A stretch of DNA of 64,000 nucleotides from Malacoraja senta (lineage: Eukaryota). The stretch spans positions 62,001 through 126,000 of the forward strand of contig JAXLNO010000172.1 of NCBI GenBank assembly GCA_038087875.1. The letters run 5' to 3'. Each line of letters begins with the position of its first letter. The stretch's first letter is position 1. Below are positions 12,005-22,327 of this stretch, piece by piece. Position numbers and translations under genes: made by a program. A model generated the notes under the pieces. The model was not told the origin of the DNA. It saw only the letters and a list, made by a program, of their open reading frames with translations, and ran no database searches.

Positions 12005-12381
12005 GAATATGGTTATAATGTGGACAAATGGGATCAGCTTAGATGGACATCTTGGTCAGCATGGATGAATTGGGCCAACTCCGAAACGTAGACAAATGAA
12101 AAACATTTTCGGACAGAAGGTACATGCCTTGCTTATCGTTGGGTATCAATTTAAAGGTGTGTTAAATATAAATGAATATTTTCAAAGTTTTCCGGTTGAC
12201 TATATGCAATTATTTCGTAAACGCTTGTTAATTGATTTGTGCAACAATACAAATATTTCAAACGACACAAAAAATGTCCCCATCAGCGTTATTGCAACAA
12301 ATACGGACAAAATCCAAACAATGATCGCCAGCACGGTCCCTCTGAACTTGATATTCAGATTCCAGGACCACACCAGTTTGT

Positions 12382-12407
12382 GCGAGGTGTTGTGGGATAT
12401 GTAGTTC
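12382..12407 (-). promoter_or_regulatory. ZNF143/THAP11-type (SBS) motif
   Basis: Minus strand GAACTACATATCCCACAACACCTCGC matches ACTACAnnTCCCA. Confidence 0.7.
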
Positions 12408-12456
12408 ACATGCGGGAGCCTTGCGCGTTTTCTCAGCTTGGCGGCTTTGAGCGGTA

Positions 12457-12483
12457 GGACTACAACTCCCATTGTGCACTGCG
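12457..12483 (+). promoter_or_regulatory. ZNF143/THAP11-type (SBS) motif, followed by an inverted CCAAT box (ATTGG 12510-12514)
   Basis: GGACTACAACTCCCATTGTGCACTGCG is near-consensus. Confidence 0.8.
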
Positions 12484-12718
12484 CGGCGCTGTCCAGTCCC
12501 TCGATGCAGATTGGCTCATTCGCGACAATCGCGGGTCTGGTTGGGCTGCGTGCACGCACTTAGCAGACGGCGTCGAGGCGAGAGGACGGGCGCTTGGGCT
12601 GTGGTCGCGTTGCCCTCGCACAATAAGAGCCTTCAGTGGGGGGGTGGGAGAGAGGGTTTAGTTCGGCGGATAACGGAGGGAGCCTGTGCGGTCGCCGAGA
12701 GCCAGTTTAGCGACAACA

Positions 12719-12979
12719 ATGCATGCCAGTGCCAGCGCCCTGCGGACCCTCATCAAAGGAGGCCGGGTGGTGAACGACGACTGCACCCAGGAGGCCGATG
12801 TCTACATCGAGAATGGCGTCATCCAGCTGGTGGGCCGCGAACTCATGATCCCCGGCGGGGCCAAGGTCATCGACGCCACCGGCAAGCTGGTGATGCCGGG
12901 GGGCATCGACACCAGCACCCATTTCCAGGAGACCTTCATGAACGTGACGTCCGTAGACGATTACTACCTCGGCACCAAG
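12719..12979 (+). CDS. DPYSL5: Dihydropyrimidinase-related protein 5 (CRMP5), coding exon 1
   Basis: MHASASALRTLIKGGRVVNDDCTQEADVYIENG...PGGIDTSTHF...GTK; 261 nt; donor GTAATG at 12980. Confidence 0.93.
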
Positions 12980-13069
12980 GTAATGAGGCTGCCGGGCATT
13001 GTTTCCACACACGCCACACCCCACGCACCACACACCTCTCACCTCACGTATCGCAGGCTGTGCAGCCAG

Positions 13070-13120
13070 CCCCCCCCACCCCCCACACCCCCCACACCCC
13101 CCACACCCCACACCCCACAC
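13070..13120 (+). repeat. (CCCCCACAC)n-like low-complexity tandem repeat
   Basis: C-run/ACA units visible just after the first splice donor. Confidence 0.8.
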
Positions 13121-13261
13121 ATCAGCGTCCATCCCACACTCGCACACCTACTGCCTGCATCCCATCCTATTCGTGTGTGCAGTCTTTGTCTCTGTCACTC
13201 CTCTCTCTCACACATGATACCAGTCGCATGACCTGTCATGGCTGGAAAACTTTCATATGAT

Positions 13262-13389
13262 GTGTAGGAAGGAACTGCAGATGCTGGTTTAAATCAGTCT
13301 GAAGAAGGGTCTCGAACCGAAACGCCACCCATTCCTTCTCTCCAGAGATGCTCCCTGTCCCGCTGAGTTACTCCAGCTTTTTGTGTCTG
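13262..13389. mobile_element. Penelope-derived mini-element with internal inversion and hammerhead-like core
   Basis: 12-bp TSD CTTTCATATGAT (13250-13261 / 13390-13401); CTGAAGA...GAAAC at 13299-13323. Confidence 0.8.
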
Positions 13390-14374
13390 CTTTCATATGA
13401 TTGTACTTCTGGGTGGAGCAGGCTGCAGATTATTTTTCCACTTTGTCTGATTGATGTCAGTGTTGTAACTGTACTGGAATAGTTTGGCTGGAAGTGCAGC
13501 TAGTTGGAAAGCAGCATTATCTGGTCCCAAAGTCTTTGTTGCATCCAAGCATCCAAGTCGTTCCTTGGAAGCATATGATGTGAAACAAATTAACTGGAGA
13601 CTGTCTTCATTGATGTTCACAACCAAAACGGATCACCTATTCTGGCTGTATGTGGTTTCTTCTGGGGTGATAGTTCCATCTTGCTGAAATTTCACGGTAT
13701 TTAAGCTGGCATTAGTGAATGAGGATGTACGAGTGGATTGCCTCTTTGCAGGTGGAAATTAAATGGGAAATTTTGTGGTGGTGCTCCTTTTTGTATCACA
13801 AGATGCTATTTTTAATTTATTTATCGCCAAAACATTTCCCCCTCCCCTTTTCCAAAGCAACTACATTCCCCCAAAATCATGACTGTTAAAATGACAATTA
13901 AGTGGGTACTGATACTTTGCTCATAGCTATTCAGAATTGGATTCCAAGTTCAACCCTGTGGTGTTAAAAACAAAGTTGCATTGAAATATTGGACAAAACT
14001 CACAACATCATCAGGGATTTTTTTTAAAGGGACAGCAGCAGATATGCCACCCCAAACATTGTCTCGCCATTTTTCCCTTAACAATAACAAAGAAAGGAAT
14101 GTGTGGTTTTTGATGGGAAGCCAATAGCCTTGTATATTTGTTAATGACAGGATATGTTGTGTAGTTAGTTGTATATTGCTTTTTGATTTGAATATTAATG
14201 TTGTTGAAAACTTAAAATATTTTGCCACAAGGTTTACAAGTGCTTATTTATAATTAGGCTAAAATGAACCAGTGAAGAGGAGATTCAAAGCTGAAAATCA
14301 TTTGTACCTGCTGATAACGCAGATTCTTGAAAAAATTACAGTATTAAAATGATCTCAGATTAAAATCCTCTCAT

Positions 14375-15826
14375 TAACTACCGCCCTATCTCAAACCTCC
14401 CCTTTCTTTCAAAAACCCTGGAGCGTATCGTCGCGTCACAACTTCATTCCCACCTCCTCGCGTATAACCTATTCGAACCCCTCCAATCTGGCTTTCGCCC
14501 CCTCCATAGCACAGAAACTGCTCTCCTCAAAGTCCTCAACGACCTCCTCGCCTCTGCTGATACTGGTTCCCTCAACATCCTCATCCTCCTCGACCTGAGT
14601 GCAGCCTTCGATACCGTGAACCATAACATCCTGCTTACCAGACTAAAAGACCTTGGCATTGAAGGTTCTGCACTCAGCTGGCTCCGTTCCTACCTTTCCA
14701 ACCGATCCCACTTCATCTCTCTCCATAACCACACCTCTGCCACAGCCACTGTCACTCAAGGCGTTCCCCAAGGCTCCGTTCTCGGTCCCCTCCTCTTCAT
14801 CATCTACATCCTCCCCCTTGGTCATATACTCCGTCACTTCAACCTGGACTTCCACTGCTATGCTGATGACACCCAGATCTATCTCAGCACCAAGTCCCCC
14901 CACCACCCCCCTCTCTCCCATATCAACTCCTGCCTGTCAGCCATCAAATCTTGGATGCAACTCAACTTCCTTAAATTAAACAGTAACAAAACAGAATTTC
15001 TCCTCATTGGCTCCAAATCAACACTTACCAAAATTAACAACCCCACTCTCACTATTGACGGCACCATTGTCTCCCCATCTCCTCAGGCCCGCAACCTTGG
15101 CGTGATCTTTGACTCCACCCTCTCCCTTGAGCCTCACATCCGCCATGTTGTCAAAACATCATTTTTTCACCTCCGCAACATTGCCAAAATCAGACCCTCT
15201 CTCACACCCCCTGCTACTGAAAGACTCATCCATGCCTTCATCTCCTCCCGACTGGACTACTGTAACTCTCTTCTCTTTGGCATTAATTCCAGCAACATCA
15301 ACCGACTCCAACTGGTCCAGAATGCAGCCGCCCGACTCATCACCCACACCAAATCCTGGCACCACATCACCCCAGTTCTCAAAGAACTTCACTGGCTTCC
15401 CATTTCCCACCGGATCATCTACAAAATCCTGGTCCTCACCTACAAAGCCCTCAACCACTTGGCCCCCCCTTATCTCACTGACCTCTCCCCCTACCAACCC
15501 TCACGGTCCCTCAGATCCACATCAGCCGGTCTCCTCTCCATTCCGAAATCCAACCTCTGCACTTTTGGAAACAGAGCCTTCTCCAGGGCAGCTCCCAGGC
15601 TCTGGAACTCCCTCCCACAACTGATCCGAAATTCTGAGTCCCTCACCATCCTCCAGTCCCGCCTCAAGACCCATTTCTTCACCTCTGCATACCCTTAGTC
15701 CCATGTCCCCCTCCCCTTTGCATCTCTGTCTTACTGCTCTATTTTGTTTTGTTTTTGACTCTACATGTAAAGCGACTTTGAGTCCTTGAAAAGCGCTATA
15801 TAAATAAAATGTATTATTATTATTAT
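14375..15826 (+). mobile_element. 5'-truncated L2-clade LINE
   Basis: [60 protein letters not shown] then (TAT)n tail. Confidence 0.92.
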
Positions 15827-16898
15827 CTCTTAAAGGGATTGGGCAAGATTTGACGTTTATTACAATGCTACACCCAAAAGAATAGTCTGAAATTATTTAT
15901 TGTTGAGCAATCTGTTTGATCAGCCATCATAATATTGTTTTATATTGATTTGCCTACACCCCCCTACCCACCAGATCCCCCTTCATTTCAGTCCCAACAT
16001 TTGGAATTCGCTGCTTGAAGAATTTATTAATCTGCGTAGCAATTGTAGTGTGTTTAGGGAGTGGTCTTTGGGCAATGTTTAATAAATTGGATAATTTCTA
16101 TTTAAACTTGTTTAGGTTTTGTCAAAGTTAACTCTTTGGATAATCAAGAATGTGCTGTGTCAGCCTGCTCATAATACTACCAAATGATTGTAAATTTGAG
16201 ATTAGCTGATTTGGTATTGCAAAACAATTACGAACCAGTTGTATGTAATAAGAAACATTTATTTCTCTGTCATCAACATGGTTTGGTGCTAGATATGTTG
16301 CAGGAATGTCTGGCATGTTTATTGTTTTTATTAGTAGCGGATGGTAGTGGGCAGAAACTGGAGGAGGTGTCATTATTGAAATACCAGCTACGATCAAAAT
16401 GTAATAGTATCTGGTGTGTTCGGAAGAATGCTTTGCATCTAAAGAAGCTGCTAGGGATTGGGTGATCTGAGAGGAGTAGAAATCGGGCAGCTGTTCTGTG
16501 TTTGTCATATTGTCGCAGCTGAGTAGCTCGGTAAGAATCTGTTTGCCAAACAGACCATGAATGTCCCCAGCCAAACTGCATTTGCATTATAAAGTAACTA
16601 GGATTGGGATTACAATTACAGCACATCTCCCATTTAAGTGTCAATTTTGATATAGGTCAACATTGACGTAAGAGCAATGGATTTGTTCATGAAAATATCT
16701 TTAATATATCAGCCATTTATTCCTGATGTATTAATCTTAATCTTTGTATTGAATTATGATATCTAAAGGTAAATGAGACTGAAATGTTTTGTGAATATCA
16801 TGATGATTTATGATGTACATTTGGTCTTCATTATCTCTTTTTCACACTTTACTGCACTTTAGATTTCAATGCACAATTTGTGAGGAAGTAAAATTCTC

Positions 16899-17107
16899 TG
16901 AAGATAGACACAAAAAACTGGAATAACTCAGCTGGACAGGCAGCATCTCTGGAGAGAATGAATGGGTGATGAAGGAATTCTGAAGAAGGGTCTCGACCTG
17001 AAATGTCACCCATTCCTTCTCTCCAGAGATGCTGCCTGTCCCGCTGAGGTACTCCAGCTTTTTGTGTATCTTTGGTTTAAACCGGCATCTGCAGTTCCTT
17101 CTTACAT
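16899..17107 (+). mobile_element. Penelope-derived palindromic mini-element
   Basis: 13-bp TSD AAGTAAAATTCTC (16886-16898 / 17108-17120); ~68-bp inverted arms around CTGAAGA...GAAATGTC (16980-17007). Confidence 0.82.
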
Positions 17108-17424
17108 AAGTAAAATTCTCCCTTTTACTCAGGGAATATTTTTCAATCAAATATATTTCAATTATTGAATATTAATTGTTACAACTTTGTTAATGTAGGA
17201 GTGTTACAGCCCTTAACAAGAAGGCAGCATTTGAATGTGCATCAAATACTCTGAGTAAAACAAAATTCAAGCCAAATGTAGGGGAAAACTTGGTTAGTTG
17301 GATTCATCCCTCAAACAAAAGAAGGTTAAGTATGATGAGATGTCAGTTATATATGTGACTGGTCAATGTTGGATGTGTTCCTTGGTTTCAAAGACTAGCC
17401 ATCTTCAGATGCTTTATCATTGAA

Positions 17425-17870
17425 AGACACACAATGCTGGAGTAACAGCAGGTCAGGCAGCATCCCTGGAGAATATGGATAGGTGACATTTCAGGTCGGG
17501 ACCTTCAGACTGATTGCAGGGTTGGGGGGGGGGAAGAAAGCTGGGGGGGGGGGGGGGTGGCAGAACAAATCATTACAGGTTGTAGCTGAACACAGGTGGG
17601 GGGGGGGGTGAGGGATTGATAGGCAGATGGTTGGACAAAGGCCAGATACACAAGGTGTGAGATAAAATGATTAGCAAGTTGCAGAACTTGCTAATCATGA
17701 AGCTAGAGGAATGGAGGAATTTTGTTGAGGGTGCGGGTCTGGCGTTGGATAAAGTGTAGTTGGGGTCCATTGCTGGTCTGGGTGAGCGAGGCCCTGAGCT
17801 GTGGGAGAGTCAGAGTGAGGACCTGTTGCAAATTGTTTAGGTGATCGGGGAGAGGAGAGATGGGTGCAAG
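17425..17870 (-). mobile_element. Penelope-like element 3' remnant
   Basis: Same terminal repeat (GCAGCATC.CTGGAGA...GTGACATTTCAGGTCGGGACCTTCAGACTG) followed by a purine-rich UTR; edges approximate. Confidence 0.6.
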
Positions 17871-17939
17871 ATAGCTGCTTTATTGATCTATATGATCTTG
17901 CCTTAAACACGTCAAAAGTGGGGATTTTTGCTTACAATT

Positions 17940-19037
17940 GGGTAGTCTCTGGCTAATCTCTGCTGTGGGGTTCCACAAGGTTCCATCCTTGGCCCCATTC
18001 TCTTCTCCCTGTATATGCTCCCCTTAGGCCAAGTCATTGAAAGGCACGGCATTTCCTTCCATTGCTACGCAGACGATACACAACTCTATCTCACCCTGAA
18101 GCCCAAAAAACAATCAAATCTGTTTAACCTTACCCACTGCCTCGAGGATATAAAGTGTTGGATGGCCCAGAACTTCCTCCAACTAAATGAGAGTAAGTCT
18201 GAGGTCATCCTTCTCGGCCCCTCGGACTCAATCAAAATGATAGCAGGCAGCCTTGGAAGCCTTACCCCACTACTCAAACCTCACGTCAAAAACCTTGGCG
18301 TGATATTTGACTCGGCACTGAAATTTGGCAAACAAGTCAATGCCGTGGTAAAAGCAAGCACTCTCAGCTTCGGACGATAGCTAAAATAAAACAATTCCTC
18401 CACTTTGATGACCTCGAAAAGATCATCCACACATTTATCTCCTCCTGCCTAGATTACTGCAACTCCCTTTACACTGGCATCAGCCAATCTTCCCTGTCCC
18501 GCCTGCAACTGGTCCAAAATGCTGCAGCGAGACTCCTGATGGGCACCCGAAAAAGGGACCACATCACCCCGATCCTGGCCTCTCTCCACTGGCTCCCTGT
18601 GTGGTTCCGTATACATTTCAAGATCCTCCTCTATGTCTACAAAGCCCTCAATGGGCTTGCCCCCACCTACATTAAAAGTCTTCTTACCCACCACTCCACC
18701 TCCAGGTCCCTCAGATCGGCCGACTTGGGGTTGCTGAATATCCCACGGTCTAGGCATAAGCTCAGGGGCGACTGCGCCTTTGCGGTTGCAGCTCCTAGAC
18801 TGTGGAACAGCATCCCCCTTCCCATCAGAACTGCCCCCTCCATCGACTCCTTTAAGTCAAGACTAAAAACTTATCTATACTCCCAAGCCTTTCTTGACGT
18901 CCTCTGAGGGAGGGCTATATGTATATATGTATGTAGTTTGTTTGTTTATACTATTCTTATAACAAATGTAAAGCACTTTGGCCAACGAGAGTTGTTTTTT
19001 AAATGTGCTATATAAATAAATGTGACTTGACTTGACT
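17940..19037 (+). mobile_element. 5'-truncated L2-clade LINE, frameshifted
   Basis: GVPQGSILGP, YADDTQLY, HITPILASLHWLP; (GACTT)n tail at 19023-19037. Confidence 0.9.
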
Positions 19038-20674
19038 AGTATTCAAAGGTAACATTTTTTTCAGACAATAAAATGTCTGCATGCAATGGACATTAGACAG
19101 CATTCACTTGTTTTTATAAATGGCAAGCAATATTATTTTGGTCAGACAGATCAACTCCAACAAGTGAGTGTCTAATTGTCACCTTTTAAACAGTGGCATT
19201 ACCATTGCCAAGTCAAGATTGGAAGGGTGGTTCAGAGGAGGAGGTGGAAGTTCGGCATTGACTATAATCTCACCTACACCTCAATCTCAATCTTTTGTGT
19301 GAGGGATGACTCCAACTAACCAAGTTTTCACCTACATTTGCCTAGGGGCAATTCATAGAGGCAATTTAGTTGATTTTGACAGCACCCCAAATCTGTGACC
19401 TCTTTCACAAGGATGTGCTAACCTCTAAGATGTACACCATTCCTGTCTTGGAATTTATATTGCAGATTAAGTTTGATTGCTAATCAATAATATGAGGAAG
19501 GATTTCAGTACAGTGACTGATGGTTCAAGAATACCTCATCTCAAGGAAAGTGATGGAAAAAAGTGCTGTCTTGCAAGCAATGTCCACATCAAATATTAAA
19601 GATGACATGTTAAGATCAATTAAGGGCACTATTCAGCTGTAAATTGCATTTCACAATGAAGTACATTAGGTTAAGAGCATTCTCTCCAATTGATCTGTGC
19701 ATGTGTTTGATTTCACAAAAGCCTCCTCGTCTCATCATCACATCCTCTAGAAAGGTCCTTCCATTTATTTTCCTTTATTTCATCCTATTTAGCGTAAAAG
19801 GCATCTGTGCTATTTCTCCCAGCTGTTCAATTAGTAATGTTCAAAATTCTAAGTGCAGTGATCTAAGTAACTAATATCCATTAGCTTGATAATGCATAAG
19901 GAAAAATTTTAGACATAAATATTCACAATTTCCAAGATCACTAGATAGGAATTGGCTGCATAAGCATAATCTAAATTCACTTTTCCATGTCCAGTGACCA
20001 ATGTTCAATTCACAACTACTACTATTGCCCTACTTGGGTACAGTTAAAGTATAAAGGGATTGTTTTTTGATGAAAAATGGCACATGGTGCCTCTACAGAA
20101 AGGCCATTGGGTGTGATGAGGATCATTTTTGTGAGATAAATCAGAATAACAACTAGTGGCTGGGCTTCTATAAACTAGTTCAAACAACACTGAAAACTAG
20201 TATTGGTATACATGTGAGCAGTATTCCATCGCACAGTTAATTACAATGTTACGTTTAAATGAACGTAAATTTGTTTAAGTGTAATTTTCTACAGTTCATA
20301 AACTTTGGGCCAAAGCAGATCACAAAATCACTGAAGTGCTAGTTTAAGAAAAATCCATGAAGCTCATGGAATAAATGGAATATTGCCATCCATGCATGCC
20401 TGCATGAGATGAATAATGGATTTGAAATTATAAGCTATATTTGTATGTTGGCTATAATGTGCTAAATCTGAATAATTATATATCTAACAACACTTTTGTG
20501 ATAGCCAAGTCACTCTGAAGTTGCATTTTTCTAAACATGTCAATTTTGTAACCTTTAAGTGCAAATTAAGCAGTCTAAAAAAACACTGCATTAGAGACAT
20601 GGCATATTGTTGCTGTACAGTTGTGAATCAGAAATTGCAGCGAAAGAAGATTCTGCAACATTGGGCCATTTTAC

Positions 20675-21435
20675 ATAGAACATCAAACATAGAATAGTAT
20701 AGCACAGAAATGGGCCCTTCAGCCCACTATGTTTGTGGCAAACATGCTGCCTAGCTGAACTGATCACATTTCCCTGCACGTGATCCATATCCCTCTATTC
20801 CCTGCAGTTCCATGAGCTATGAACTTGGACTCATCTCTCTGCACCTCTCCTTAAAGCTAGTAACCTCTAATCCAGGCAGCATTCTGCAACATCTCTCCAC
20901 ACCCTTCCTGTAGTGGGGCAGCCAAATTTGCGCACAATACCTCAAATACGGCCTACCCAAAGTTTTATAAATCTACAACATGACTCTTATATGTAGTACC
21001 CCAACCGATAAAGGTAAGCAAACCATATGTCACCTACTGTCTACTTTTGTTGCCACTGTCAGGAAGATATGGACTTCCTGAAACCTCTGTACATCAATTC
21101 TGTGAAGAACCATGCCTTTAACTGTATAGTTTCCCTTTATAAAGTATAACATTGTTTTTGGATGCTCAAACTCCATCTGCCATTTCTCTGCCCACAACTG
21201 AAACTAATCTCTATCCCTCTGTATCCTTACATTATATTTCCCACTGTCTGCAAACTTGCATATAATCACAAACAGCATGGATCCCTGCAGAACTCCACTG
21301 GTCACAGACTCCAGCCTGAATAATACCCTTGCACTACTACCCTGTCTTCTTTGGGTAAGCCAGAACTGCCAAATCACTGCAGATCCCATCTTAATCTTTT
21401 GGATCAGCCTACCATGAGGGATATTATCAGATGCC
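20675..21435 (-). mobile_element. Old degenerate CR1 fragment
   Basis: Decayed PHGRL, VTSGV.QGS and KFAD motifs plus CR1 3' tail; many indels. Confidence 0.7.
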
Positions 21436-22327
21436 GCACTAAAATCTATAATTCTAAATTTATGTAATTCAATCACTTTTTTGCTCTTTGATAGTTTACT
21501 GTTGGTATTGTTCCATACTAACCAATGGGGATTAACTTGATTTTTGTCCTCTTAATGAGGAAGTTGAAATTGGGAATTGTTTTGTATCTAGAGGTAAAAT
21601 GTGAACCTGCTGTTCCGTTTACAGGGTAGAGTTTGCGTTCCCTGTCAATGCAGAGGAAAAGAATGTCAACATTTATGTTAATTTGATTATCCGTGTCTCA
21701 CAAGCTGATCTTGCCTGTGTATAGGTCGAGGAATATAAGTACAGTAGTGAAAAATGATTTGCCAATGAAAAAATGTCCAAACAAGAGAAAATTAAATACA
21801 CACTATTTCTGCAAAATAAATTTCAATAAGGGCAAAAGCGGTTTACCATTCTAAAAAAAATGGCAGGTAGTTTTATAATCTGGGATGTAAGTACAGTATG
21901 TTTGATTTGGTTTTGAATATTGCTGCCTGTTAATTTCAAGAACTGAAAACAAACATATTTGAAAGAGTTAGATTGTTGTTTCTTTTCGCCTGTGGTTACC
22001 TCAGTCCCTGCATTTTTTTCCATTTCAAGAAAATACCATATTCGATTGCGAAAATTCCTGAATCAGCTTTCATCGCTTTGTCTCGAATGATGGATACATA
22101 ATGTTTTTATTTAAATAACATCCTTCCTCTGTTTTGACAATCAGCTTAAATTTGTGTAGGAGAGTTAACAAATGCATACATTTTCCGTTGTGGTCATTTT
22201 TTGATCAGCTGACACCATTTGATCCTTGATGCAATATCAATTCTAGTTGCATGTCAAAGTTCTGATGTGATGGCAGCAGTTGCAATGTTGAAAGGAAAAT
22301 TGATGCATTGGAACTCCTTATATGCAA

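Larger units (their letters stand above)
12320..13080. promoter_or_regulatory. CpG-island-like region over the DPYSL5 promoter and first coding exon
   Basis: Sharp rise in GC content and CpG density relative to AT-rich flanks (visual estimate; edges approximate). Confidence 0.75.

Noticed and set aside
12200..12559. 119-aa antisense ORF with a hydrophobic stretch, divergent from DPYSL5
   Set aside because: Non-ATG start, overlaps the promoter motifs, no recognisable homology and no good splice donor; it would need RNA evidence.
12980..13260. ORF extensions (181 aa and 262 aa) beyond the first DPYSL5 exon
   Set aside because: Read-through into intron and low-complexity sequence after the GT donor at 12980.
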